Source: Macrostomum lignano (lineage: Eukaryota). Taken from it: 64,000 bases of DNA. Under the pieces are notes generated by a model. That model made no database searches, was not told where the DNA came from, and was given only the letters and a program-made list of their open reading frames with translations. Every line of letters starts with the position of its first letter. Position 1 is the stretch's first letter. Below are positions 12,105 through 24,459 of this stretch, in pieces. The position numbers were made by a program, and so were the translations under genes. The DNA lies in the NCBI GenBank assembly GCA_002269645.1, contig NIVC01000085.1, forward strand, positions 186,001 to 250,000, written 5' to 3'.

Positions 12105-12705
12105 CACCGCCGGCCTCCCAGATCCTCGGTTGCTGGTCCAGCCTCCCAGAGTGTCAGTTGCTGGGCAACAACCAGCCTACCAGATCCTCAGTTGCTGGGC
12201 CAGCCTCCCAGAGTGTCAGTTGCTGGGCTAGCCTCCCAGATCCTCTGTTTTTGGGCCAGTCTCCCAGAGTGTCAGTTGCTGGGCCAGCCTCCCAGATCCT
12301 CAGTTGCTGGGCCAGCCTCCCAGATCCTCAGTTGCTGGGCCAGCCTCCTAGATCCTCAAGTGCTGGGCCAGCCTCCCAGATCCTCAGTTGCTGGGCCACC
12401 AGCCTCCCAAATCCCCAGTTGCTGAGTCAGCCTCCCAGATCCTCAGTTGCTGGGCCACCAGCCTCCCAGATCCTCAGTTGATGGGCCAGCCTCCCAGATC
12501 CTCAGTTGCTGGGCCACCAGCCTCCCAGATCCTCAGTTGATGGGCCAGCCTCCCAGATCCTCAGTTGCTGGGCCACCAGCCTCCCGGATCCTCAATTTCT
12601 GGGCCACCAGCCTCCCAGATCCTCAGTTGCTGGGCCACCAGCCTCCCAGATCCTCAGTTGCTGGGCCACCAGCCTCCCAGATCCTCAGTTGCTGGGCCAG
12701 CCTCC
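12105..12705. repeat. 27-31-bp minisatellite (GCTGGGCCACCAGCCTCCCAGATCCTCAGTT)
   Basis: About 20 tandem copies with and without an ACC insertion. Confidence 0.95.
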
Positions 12706-13464
12706 AAAACCATCCATTTTTTAGGCAGCAGGCATAACTTACTGTTCAACTTTAGGCTCCAGTTTAAATTTCACTTTCACTAACTAACCAGTCCATTTTC
12801 TTTCAACATCATCAAATTTCCATTCTTAAAAATTCCTCGAAGCAACATGGCGGAACTGATCCCCGTAGCCGGTGCTAAATCCAGCAAGGTCACGTATAAT
12901 CTCTACTTGACCCCAAGAAGCTGAAATACAGGTTTTCTCCATCATATTCGTATCAATTGTTGCCTGGGTCAGGGGCTGAGTGCAAATCAGACAAATCAGC
13001 CTCCCTCCCTTCGATCTTCTTTCCTCTCTTATTCCTTTCCGCTGGGCACTTCGATTTTGAAAAGCGGCATTTTGAACCAACAGAAAAACTTCGATGCTTC
13101 CGCGAACCCGTGTTTTCTTTCCGCCATTTTTCTCTTTGGAAATCCCCCCCCCAATCTCCTTCTCGCTCACTTCCCGCCACCCCCTGCAGCGCTAATGATG
13201 ATGGCCGAACAGAAGATTGCTGTCTGAAAGTCTGAAAGCCTCTCTTGCTTGTCTTGTCTTCTTGTGTCGGGTGCCAAAGCAGATCCCAGAAAGGTGTACG
13301 AGTTTCCTTAGAAAGCTTTCCACGATTTTTAAAAGCCTGTTTTTCCCTTGCTGTTGTCGGAATTGCTTTGGCCATCTTGATCTTGACTGGCAGATATGCT
13401 CTGCGTTGGTTGCCAGGGCGATGTTGATACAACATTTTTGGCGGCTATTAGAGCTCTAGATGGG

Positions 13465-13925
13465 AATTTAGGATTGCTAATCTAGCCAATCATTGATGAT
13501 GAATAAAATACAATGGATTGCTAATCTAGCCAATCATTGATGATTATTAATAAAATACAATGGATTGCTAATCTAGCCAATCATTGATGATTATTAATAA
13601 AATACAATGGATTGCTAATCTAGCCAATCATTGATGATTATTAATAAAATACAATGGATTGCTAATCGATTCAATCGTTGATTATGAATAAAATAGAATG
13701 GATTGCTAATCTATTCAATCGTTGATTATGAATAAAATAGAATGGATTGGTAATCTATTCAATCGTTGATTATGAATGAAACAGAATGGATTGCTAGTCT
13801 ATTCAATCGTTGATTATGAATGAAACAGAATGGATTGCTAGTCTATTCAATCGTTGATTATGAATAAACCAGAATGGATTGCTAATCTAGCTTATAGGTA
13901 AAAGAATCGAATGGGTTGCTAGTCT
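13465..13925. repeat. 44-47-bp minisatellite (GGATTGCTAATCTAGCCAATCATTGATGATTATTAATAAAATACAAT)
   Basis: About 10 copies with progressive divergence along the array. Confidence 0.93.
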
Positions 13926-14644
13926 AACCTAACACTAAGACGTACCGTAAATCTTCATTGTAAAAAATTTAGTCAAGAATTTATTACACTTTTTTCGAGT
14001 CAAACTTCACGTTTTGCCGAAGTACAACGCGGAACACGACTCTCACATTAGCCTCAAGTCTCCGCAGTGCAAAGTCATTTTGGCTTCCAGCAGCTGCCGC
14101 ATCTGCATCTCCTGCCCCCCCCCAACCCTTCATTTTAACTGTCTACCCCAGTAATCCAGTCTGTATTCCCATATTTTAGGATCCATTACAACACTGATCC
14201 CCTCTAAGCTCCTCTCACACCAGGCGACAATAATTAGTCACCTGGAAGGGGAACTGAGGCGCAACCGTCGCCCGCCATCCACTAAGTGACCCAGCTAGGA
14301 AATGGCACCAAACCGCTGCCCCCCCCCCCCTGTAGCTGTGGCGGCAGCTTTTAACGATGCCCAGCAAAAAGTCTCCAAAAGCAAAAACTGCAGACTTTCA
14401 GCTCTGTGTCACCATTTGACTTAACGGGTATTGATATGGCTCTGGTGTATGCCAGAATTTTGTTGATAACTTGGACATAACAGTTTCTATACACGAGAGC
14501 CAGTTAAATAAAATGCTTCGCAAGGAGTTTGTTGCGTAAAATTTACAATTGTGCGCCTGATGGAGCCTATTGGCAATGCTACTTTATGTGTCTTGTGACT
14601 GGAATGAGCCTTTGTTTGGTAAACTTGTGAACAGCGCGCTTCCC

Positions 14645-15295
14645 TGATAGCGCCTACCAATAGGCGCTTCTGTAATGGCACTTCCTGATGGCGCCTACCA
14701 ATGGTGCCTCCTGATGGCGCCCTCCTGACGGCGCCTACCGATGGCACCTTCTGATGGCGCCCTCCTAATTTCACCCTCCTGATGGCGCCCCTGATGTCGC
14801 CTCTTAATGGCGCCTCCTGATGGCGCCTCCTAATGGCGTCTCCTGATGGCGCTTCCCCAGTGGCGCCTCCAAATGATGCCTCCTGATGGCGCCTCCTAAT
14901 GGCGCCTCCTAATGGCGCTTCCTGATGGCGCCCTCCTAATGGCACTTCTCTGATGGCGCCCCTGATGGCGCCCTCCTAATGGCGCCGACCGATGGCGCCT
15001 TCTGATGGCGCACTCCTAATTTCGCCCTCCTGATCGCGCCTCCTAATGGCGCCTCCTAATGGCGCTTCCTGATGGCGCCCTCCTAATGGCACTTCTCTGA
15101 TGGCGCCCCTGATGGCGCCCTCCTAATGGCGCCTACCGATGGCGCCTTCTGATGGCGCACTCCTAATTTCGCCCTCCTGATCGCGCCTCCTAATGGCGCC
15201 TCTTAATGGCGCTTCCTGATGGTGCCCTCCTAATGGCACTTCTCTAATGGCGCTTCCCAGTGACGCCTCCAAATGGCGCCATCTCATGACGCTTC
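14645..15295. repeat. About 13-bp minisatellite (ATGGCGCCTCCTG/A) with 147-bp higher-order period
   Basis: GGCACTTCTC landmark at 14941, 15088 and 15235. Confidence 0.93.
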
Positions 15296-15299
15296 CCTT

Positions 15300-15620
15300 A
15301 TTGGCGAGTCTGTCTGTCACTAACCATAGCCGTTTCTTATCCCTGCCATGCACTGATAACAAAACACTTCTAAAAACTGCTTGGCCACCAAAATTCTTCC
15401 AACTCGAAATGGATCTATACACAACCAACAGACCAATCAATGGTCGAATCTCCATCCTTTATTGACCTCGCCCGCCTGAAATCAGGACCAGCTGATGGAA
15501 GCGCTGCTGCCGGTCTTATTGAAGCATCTGGAAGTAACGATTCCATCATCGAAGTTCGAGCAGAAAGTTCCCCTTCCCCTCCATACCCTCCGCTCTCCCC
15601 ACTTGCTAAGGGCAGCGTCG
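15300..15620 (-). mobile_element. Decayed DIRS-type retrotransposon RNase H fragment
   Basis: Minus strand gives LLPDAS (TDAS-like) then, after a frame change, GGQAVFRSVLLSVHGRDKKRLWLVTD (LEL.AV..AL....V.+.TDN-like). Confidence 0.4.
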
Positions 15621-16073
15621 GCAGCGGTCGAGGGAATTCGTAGCCACCAGTTTGATTAATTTTTTTCTCTTCCGAGCTGACTGGGAGAGTCAGTGGCGGG
15701 GCGGCCCTAAGCATTGGCTGCGGCTGCGAGGGTGTCGGGAAGCCGCCTTGTTTGCTCTGCAGCCTGCCGTCCTGATCAATTATCATGGGCCGCCGGCCGC
15801 CTCCGCTCCTCCAACCGACTTTCCGAGCTCTGCGAGTGTTGGTGCCCAGCCGGGGCAGGCCAGGCACCGAAAAATGCAAAACAGCTGCCACCGACTCCAC
15901 TGAGCACGAGCTGCATGCGCACTCATCACTCAGACTCCGGGGATATATGGCTGCTGATGATGGCGCTTTGGCGAAGAAATTCCCCTGGGATCTGGCTGGC
16001 TATTGAGGCGGCTGGATATTGTCAACATTTGCTGCTATGCTCTGAGGCCTGGAGTTCCTGTAGTATACTGCAG

Positions 16074-16569
<496 letters not shown>

Positions 16570-16974
16570 TTCTTGAGCTCCTGAACCAAAATTCTCACTG
16601 TGAGGTTACGCAACCACTTTCACATTAAGTGCCCTGAGCTGCCAAATGCCCCATAGCCCACTCTCAAGTCTCAATTCTCAGAGCGCATCTGCTCCGCTGC
16701 TCAAGTGGCGCACGCAACTCGTAAAACCCCATCGATAGCCTCCTGCTCCGCCACTTAAAGGATTTCGCGGCTTCCCATTGCTGCCCAGTTGGAGATCGGG
16801 GGGGGGGCGCAGTTTAGATGCGTCAGCGAGATTAGTTTTCCCATTCAATAATCTGCGGGACTGCGACAATCTTGAGAAGTAGCTAAACGATTGAAAATGA
16901 ATTGTCTGGATTATCTGATGGTTATTTCCTCTGGTTGGTAAATAAAGGAATAAGTTGGCCGGTTTAGGGAGCAA

Positions 16975-18315
16975 GAGAAGTAGGTCATGAGGAAGAGAAG
17001 TTGGATCAGGGTTGGAGAGAAGTAGATCATAGAAAGAGAGAAGTAGATCATGGAATGAGAGAAGCAGATCATGGAAAGAGAGTGGATCATGGAAAGAGAG
17101 AAGTGGGTCATGGAAAGAGAGAAGTAGATCATGGAAAGAGAGAAGTAGAAAATGGAAAGAGAGAAGTAGAAAATGGAAAGAGAGAAGTAGAAAATGGAAA
17201 GAGAGAAGTAGATCAGGGAAATAGAGAAGTAGATCAGGGAAAGAGAGAAGTAGAAAATGGAAAGAGAGAAGTAGAAAATGGAAAGAGAGAAGTAGATCAG
17301 GGAAAGAGAGAAGTAGATCAGGGAAAGAGAGAAGTAGATAATGGAAAGAGAGAAGTAGAAAATGGAAAGAGAGAAGTAGATCATTGAAAGAGAGAAGTAG
17401 ATCAGGGAAAGAGAGAAGTAGATCAGGGAAAGAGAGAAGTAGATCAGGGAAAGAGAGAAGTAGATCATGGAAAGAGATAAGTAGATCAGGGAAAGAGAGA
17501 AGTAGATAATGGAAAGAGATAAGTAGATCAGGGAAAGAGAGAAGTAGATCAGGGAAAGAGAGAAGTAGAAAATGGAAAGAGAGAAGTAGAAAATGGAAAG
17601 AGAGAAGTAGATCAGGGAAAGAGAGAAGTAGATCAGGGAAAGAGAGAAGTAGATAATGGAAAGAGAGAAGTAGAAAATGGAAAGAGAGAAGTAGATCATT
17701 GAAAGAGAGAAGTAGATCAGGGAAAGAGAGAAGTAGATAATGGAAAGAGAGAAGTAGATCAGGGAAAGAGAGAAGTAGGTCATGGAAAGAGAGAAGTAGA
17801 TAATGGAAAGAGAGAAGTAGAAAATGGAAAGAGAGAAGTAGATCAGGGAAAGAGAGAAGTAGATCAGGGAAAGAGAGAAGTAGATCATGGAAAGAGATAA
17901 GTAGATCAGGGAAAGAGAGAAGTAGATAATGGAAAGAGATAAGTAGATCAGGGAAAGAGAGAAGTAGATAATGGAAAGAGATAAGTAGATCAGGGAAAGA
18001 GAGAAGTAGATCAGGGAAAGAGAGAAGTAGATAATGGAAAGAGAGAAGTAGAAAATGGAAAGAGAGAAGTAGATCAGGGAAAGAGAGAAGTAGATCAGGG
18101 AAAGAGAGAAGTAGATCATGGAAAGAGATAAGTAGATCAGGGAAAGAGAGAAGTAGATAATGGAAAGAGATAAGTAGATCAGGGAGAGAGAAGTATATCA
18201 GGGAAAGAGAAGTATATCAGGGAAAGAGAGACGTATATCAGGTAGATTGAGAAGTAGGTCGTGGAAAGACAGAAGTATATCATGGAAATAGAGAAGTAGA
18301 TCAGGGAGGTAGAGA
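16975..18315. repeat. 21-bp purine-rich minisatellite (GAGAGAAGTAGATCAGGGAAA)
   Basis: About 60 copies with ATCAG/ATAAT/AAAAT variants. Confidence 0.96.
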
Positions 18316-19254
18316 AGTACATGTAGGCCATTGAAGGATAATATTAGAGTTACTGCTTTTTGCTTGTATGCTAATAAATAAAATGAATGTATTTTACTGT
18401 ACATGTCAGGTGCCCGGAGGCAGTACAAGTGTCCCTGCACTTAATCAAGAATCGCATGCTGCTTGTCGCTTTCCAAAACTGCCCGCTTTTTGTTGGTGCC
18501 GCAGTTTTTTTTATTTTACTACATTGGCTTTTTCCCACGCGCCTAAACTCCAAAGTATGCGCGAATTTTGATTGTAGCAGCCATTCTTTTTTCTTGGCAG
18601 CTGGAGCCAGACGCTTGCCCCCAGGGTTGCAGAAATCGTGGGTGCGCCCTGGTGTCTGTCACACCAGTAGTTGCAGAGGCAAGCCAGGAAGTCAGTCAGT
18701 CCACTTCGGTATTCTCCGAACTTCGCGCACAAACACACACAAACACACTAATTGGGGTCTCTTCAGCCTTGACTAAATTGCATTTTGCTTTCACAAATTC
18801 GGTGATAAAGTTTCCTTTCTTCGAAAAAAATTCTGTCTATCATTCAATCTTCGAGCTGTCTTTCAATTCAGGCCGGCAAGTGTCCACTGCAGTGTCCACT
18901 GCGCAACATTATAAGACTAGACTTGATTAAACAAATACTCGTAGTAAGGGTCTCGTATGTCAGTCAAATTCTTACACTTCTGTTTTCAAATAGGCGCGCC
19001 GGTCTTTCTTCTCTTAGTAATTTAAACAAACCATTAAGTCGCGAAGTTGTGCGAATTCAATTCTTCGTTGGAGTGTGTAAGCAAAATGATGCTTTGATTC
19101 ATTCATTACTTACCGGGGAGTGCATTTAATTAAGAACATTCTCTTAAAGGTTGTAAAGTACTCGTAGATTGGTTCAGCTTGATTTTTTTAATTTTTAAGA
19201 AATTAATAAGAGTAGAGCTTCTAGCAGTTTGGTATTACAGTGAGTGTACATTTT

Positions 19255-19505
19255 TGGGAAGAATAAGTGTATGCATAGAGGGGCAGAAGGAGTGTACATA
19301 TAAGGGGCAGAGAGAGTGTACATATAGGGGCAGAGAGAGTGTACATATAGGGGCAGAGAGAGTGTACATATAAGGGGCAGAGAGAGTGTACATAGAGGGG
19401 CAGAGAGAGTGCACAGAGGGGCAGAGGGAATGTACATAGGGGGGCAGAGGGAGTGTACATATAAGGGTAGAATGAGTGTTCATATAGGGGCAGAAAGAAT
19501 GTACA
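19255..19505. repeat. 22-24-bp minisatellite (GGGGCAGAGAGAGTGTACATATA)
   Basis: About 11 copies. Confidence 0.9.
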
Positions 19506-20820
19506 TTAGGCTAAAAGCGAGTGTACGTCGAGGTACTGAGAGGCCTATTTATAAGTAAGATAGAAAGGCCTCAACAGATTGGACGTAGTTTGAAAAAAGT
19601 CAGGGTAGCAATTTATTTACTAGTATTTCGACCTTATCTACCTACCTGACACTTAAAGAGCAACTCAGAAACGGCAAAAATGACTGTTTAACGAAATTTT
19701 GTAAGACGAAAAACTGTTCAAAGCAATTTTAGCTCGAATTAAATTCAAATATATTTGTAATTAACGAATTGTTTTGACTGAAGCGGCAGCGGCCTACGCA
19801 TGTGTACAGCAATACACTAGACAGATGGACCTATTTATGGACAATATAGTTTAGTTAGAACTAAGTAAATTTATTATACACAAATACAAAATTAGTAGTC
19901 ACTGATGCTACAATAAACACACTTAGTGGGCAAGTGCAGCGCTATGACGGACGATTAATTCAGTAGTTAGTTAATTCAAGTGATTATAGGCAAGTATTAG
20001 ACTTAAAGAATAGAACAGAAAAATGGCTAAGGAAAATCTAAATCCAGTAGTGCAATAAAAAAGTACATATTCATATGTACAAAGACATCTGCACAAAACC
20101 TCAGGGCAAGGCGGTGAAAAAAAGAGTGAAAGATGATACTTAACGGACAAATAGTTGACAGGTTGACATTGTTAGTAAATAACAATTCGTGAGAATCTTA
20201 AAAACTGACTGAAGAAGGAAAATAAGTTGCTAAAAAAATAAAAACAATTATATAATTTTGTGTTTATCAATATGTACAGAGTACAGTTGTTCTATCCTCA
20301 TATTGACTTTGAGATTCCAGCTATAGGCAGCAATCAGCATCTGCGAACATCTGCGACCGAAATTATAATATTTTCCATTAACTAATCAATGGAAAAGTAG
20401 TGACTAACAAATGCAAACACTGGCACAGTGATAGGGGGGGGGCGACGTGATATTGGATTTGTTATACTCGTGAACACGCTCTGCTTTAAAGTCGATGAAG
20501 TGTTGAAAAAATAACTTTTTTTAAAGGTACTTTGAGCACCCCAAATAATTAATCAGTAAATATTCGAAAGATGCCTTTGGCGAAATCATCCTTATCGTCA
20601 GGCAAGTACTTCATGTACTTTCTCAGTGGGAGTGTTGGCCCTCACAAGTTGTGAATTGCACAACAATTCTAATTGGACAAATTTTTAGTGAGCAAGCCCC
20701 AAAAAATGGGGATCGAATCAAGTGGAGTAATTTATAATGACCAAATCAATTCGGTAATAATTATGTGTTTCCAGGAAACCGATCACCCTTCAGTGGCCTA
20801 TAGAGTCCTAGAGTTCCATT

Positions 20821-21513
20821 TCAAACTCGATTATACAGCCGCCTGCCGCTGTAGTCTACAAATTCGAAATCGGCAGTGCAGTTGTTGAGATGAGTCATCT
20901 TTGGACTCATCGGTTGTTGCTGCTGTTGCAGCTGCATACTCTCGATTCTGGGTACATCGTACTCGTGTGACGGCGGCCGGTGGGTCAGGTACTGGGTCGG
21001 CTGTTGCTGCAGCTGCTGGGAGCCGCTGGTGTAGTTGTACCCGCTGTATGGGTGTGCAGCGTAGGTTGCCCAGCGCTTCTTGTCTCGCTTCGAGTACCAC
21101 CTGGTGAACTGGCAGACCAGCACAAACACCAGGGCTGTTGCTAAGAAAGTGCCAATGACAGCTACAATCATCTCTACCAGGGTGAACTGCTTCCTAGAGA
21201 AGTAGTCGTTGCCAGAATTGTCCGGGGCTGCGCTGTCAGAGGCCGAGGCTACGACATCGCCAGGCCGGGGCTGAGGCAGCGAATGCAAAGGTGGTCCACC
21301 GTTTGAGGGCGTCCTGCCAGCTAGAACGGCGGTGGGTTGCTGCTCATCCGGCTGATGAGGCGGTCGTTGCAGCGGCGGCCACTGCAGGGAAAGCGTAAAA
21401 TTTGACTGCCTGCCATCGTCGGTGGCTGTAGTCAGCAAGTACTTGTACTGTGGCTGCGGCTGCTGCTGCATGACGCTGCGTTTGAAGGTGCTCACAAATG
21501 CGGCACCAGTTCC
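20821..21513 (-). CDS. LRR-Ig-transmembrane receptor, exon 3 of 3 (end of Ig-like domain, Pro-rich stalk, TM helix, Tyr-rich tail)
   Basis: Acceptor CAACAG|GGA, phase 0. TM segment MIVAVIGTFLATALVFVLVCQF followed by RWYSKRDKKR. Stop at 20821. Confidence 0.85.
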   Translation of the reverse strand, partial: GTGAAFVSTFKRSVMQQQPQPQYKYLLTTATDDGRQSNFTLSLQWPPLQRPPHQPDEQQPTAVLAGRTPSNGGPPLHSLPQPRPGDVVASASDSAAPDNSGNDYFSRKQFTLVEMIVAVIGTFLATALVFVLVCQFTRWYSKRDKKRWATYAAHPYSGYNYTSGSQQLQQQPTQYLTHRPPSHEYDVPRIESMQLQQQQQPMSPKMTHLNNCTADFEFVDYSGRRLYNRV

Positions 21514-21564
21514 CTGTTGATAGAGACGGTGGGGGTGGCATGGTAGGGGGATGGACTCACTCAA

Positions 21565-22855
21565 TAAAGAGTTTGAGAAGTGACTCATGATGCTCATCAA
21601 ACATCTGAGAGTTTGAGAAGTGACTCATGATGCTCATCTAACATCTGAGAGTTTGAGAAGTGGCTCATGATGCTCATCAAACACCTGAGAGTTTGAGAAG
21701 TGACTCATGATGCTCATCAAACATCTGAGAGTTTGAGAAGTGACTCATGATGCTCATCAAACATCTGAGAGTTTGAGAAGTGACTCATGATGCTCATCAA
21801 ACATCTGAGAGTTTGAGAAGTGACTCATGATGCTCATCAAACAGTTGAGAGTTTGAGAAGTGACTCATGATGCTCATCAAACATCTGAGAGTTTGAGAAG
21901 TGACTCATGATGCTCATCTAACATCTGAGAGTTTGAGAAGTGGCTCATGATGCTCATCAAACAGTTGAGAGTTTGAGAAGTGACTCATGATGCTCATCAA
22001 ACAGTTGAGAGTTTGAGAAGTGACTCATGATGCTCATCAAACATCTGAGAGTTCGAGAAGTGACTCATGATGCTCATCAAACAGTTGAGAGTTTGAGAAG
22101 TGACTCATGATGCTCATCAAACATCTGAGAGTTCGAGAAGTGACTCATGATGCTCATCAAACATCTGAGAGTTCGAGAAGTGACTCATGATGCTCATCAA
22201 ACAGGCGAGAGCTTGAAAAGTGTCTCATGTTACTCATCTAACAGGTGAGAGAGTTTGAGAAGTGACTCATGATGCTCATCAAACATCTGAGAGTTTGAGA
22301 AGTGACTCATGATGCTCATCAAACATCTGAGAGTTCGAGAAGTGACTCATGATACTCATCAAACATCTGAGAGTTCGAGAAGTGACTCATGATGCTGATC
22401 AAACAGTTGAGAGTTTGAGAAGTGACTCATGATGCTCATCAAACATCTGAGAGTTCGAGAAGTGACTCATGATGCTCATCAAACAGGCGAGAGCTTGAAA
22501 AGTGTCTCATGTTACTCATCTAACAGGTGAGAGAGTTTGAGAAGTGACTCATGATGCTCATCAAACATCTGAGAGTTTGAGAAGTGACTCATGATGCTCA
22601 TCAAACATCTGAGAGTTCGAGAAGTGACTCATGATACTCATCAAACATCTGAGAGTTCGAGAAGTGACTCATGATGCTGATCAAACAGTTGAGAGTTCGA
22701 GAAGTGACTCATGATGCTCATCAAACATCTGAGAGTTCGAGAAGTGACTCATGATGCTCATCAAACAGGCGAGAGCTTGAAAAGTGTCTCATGTTACTCA
22801 TCTAACAGGTGCGAGAGTTTGAGAAGTGACTCATGATGCTCATCAAACAGTTCAA
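21565..22855. repeat. 40-bp minisatellite (GAGAGTTTGAGAAGTGACTCATGATGCTCATCAAACATCT) filling intron 2 of the LRR gene
   Basis: About 32 units; 282-bp higher-order repeat in the distal half. Confidence 0.97.
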
Positions 22856-22900
22856 GTAATGGCTCATCAAATAAAGAATAATCTATCCGTCTTTTCTCAC

Positions 22901-23146
22901 CTGATAGGTGGCCCCATCCTGAAATTCTGGGTAGCCAGCAATCTGACGGTAGGTCCAGACCAGCCTCTCTGGCTGATCGGAGTCAGCCTTGCAGGCCAGG
23001 CGGCCCGACACGGGGCCCAGCTGTAGGTCGATAGACACAAGCCGGGGCGGGTCGCACGGCAGGTCTGTGGGGCCCAGGGAGCTCAGCTCGGCGTTGAGCA
23101 GTCGCTGCGGCGTCGCGCATCGAGGCAGCTGGTCTCTGGGTGACGC
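22901..23146 (-). CDS. LRR-Ig-TM receptor, exon 2 of 3 (LRRCT end and start of Ig-like domain); not in the ORF track
   Basis: Acceptor CTGCAG|GCG, donor CAG|GTGAGA, 82 codons in phase 0. Reads RCATPQRLLNAELSSLGPTDLPCDPP...LACKADSDQPERLVW. Confidence 0.85.
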
Positions 23147-23214
23147 CTGCAGTTATTAAAAGGTGTTTTATTGGTCTCTAACGGAATATATTCGGTTTAG
23201 AGATAGCACAGAGA

Positions 23215-23562
23215 GCACATAGTTGAAAATAGATTATAATGTACATAGTTTAAAGACAGAGTAGAATGTACGTAGTCTAAAAAAAGAGCAGAATGTACGT
23301 ATTCTAAAAATAGATCAGAATGTACGTAGCCTAAAAATAGACCAGAATGTACATAATCTAAAAATAGTGAAAATGTACGTATTCTAAAAATAGATCAGAA
23401 TGTACGTAGCCTAAAAATAGAACAGAATGTACATAGTCTAAAAATAGGGAAAATGTACGTATTCTAAAAATAGATCAGAATGTACGTAGCCTAAAAATAG
23501 AACAGAATGTACATAGTCTAAAAATAGGGAAAATGTACGTAGTCTAAAAATAGAACAGAATA
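23215..23562. repeat. About 26-bp minisatellite (AAAATAGATCAGAATGTACGTAGCCT) in intron 1 of the LRR gene
   Basis: About 13 copies. Confidence 0.9.
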
Positions 23563-23600
23563 TAAAAAACCCTACCCCAGTGTACACTGTCTTATCTCAC

Positions 23601-24389
23601 CTTGCTAAGCGGCGGAGAGACCCGATTCCAGTCAACATTGCGCAGCCACCGATTCTGACACGTACATGCCAGCGGATTATCGTCTAGATAGAATACTCTT
23701 AGCTGATTAATTAAGTCTCTCGCCTCTACTGGCACAGTCTGAATGCTGTTATGCGACAGGGTGAGCTCGCGCAGGCCGGCGATCGCATTTAGGCTGTCTA
23801 ACGGAAACTCGGACAGACCACAGCGGGACAGCAACAGCCGATCGAGTTGAAGGCCCCGAAACATGTCGGCAGTGAGCTGCAAGCGCCGGTTCTCGCCGAA
23901 CCGAAGCGCCGTCAGCGATTTGCCGTTGAGAAAGGCTGGTGGCAAGCGTTGCAGCTGATTGTCGCTGAGGTCGAGCTCACGAAGCTGTCTGAGACTGCTC
24001 AGAGCTCCGTCATCGATTGCGATCAAGTCGCAGCTTAGCACCGACAGGCGCGTGAGGTTCGCAAAGTGCTCCAATAAGCGGCTGGTCAATCGTTGAGATT
24101 TTAGCACTCGAGCGTTTTTACAATTGACGTAGAGCTCGCTGTAGGAGGCCGGGTTGCGTCCTAATCGTCTGAGCAGGCTGCTCGAAGGCACGTAGTCAGT
24201 CAGCTCGATGTTGTTGACAATCTCCGACTTGGCGGAGTCGAAGTCGCACGACACGGTTGGCCTGTCGCACATGCAATATCCGCAGCGGCTCAGCTGATGC
24301 CCGGGTTGGGCCATAGACAGCAGCAGAGCCAGGAGCAGGCAGAGAGAGAGCGGCGGTGCGGCTCCTGGCTGAATGCCGAGGGCGAACAT
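23601..24389 (-). CDS. LRR-Ig-TM receptor, exon 1 of 3 (signal peptide, LRRNT, about 6 LRRs, LRRCT start); total 575 aa
   Basis: Hydrophobic leader LSLCLLLALLLSMA, CGYCMCDRPTVSC, LRELDLSDNQL, LRELTLSHNSI, DNPLACTCQNRWL. Donor AAG|GTGAGA. Start taken at MFALG (24389), directly after an AG. Confidence 0.88.
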
Positions 24390-24459
24390 CTGCGGCGGAG
24401 AGCGGTTAGAAAGTGGCAAATTAGGGATTGTTTTTGGGTGATGCATGGCGGGATTCTGT

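Noticed and set aside
12826-13435. Overlapping ORFs between the 12.1-kb and 13.5-kb arrays as a gene
   Set aside because: No domain or splice structure recognised; probably decayed retroelement sequence that I cannot classify.
24390-24446. Upstream Met (MHHPKT...) as the start of the LRR gene
   Set aside because: It lies in pyrimidine-rich acceptor-like sequence next to the array and would push the signal peptide too far from the N-terminus.
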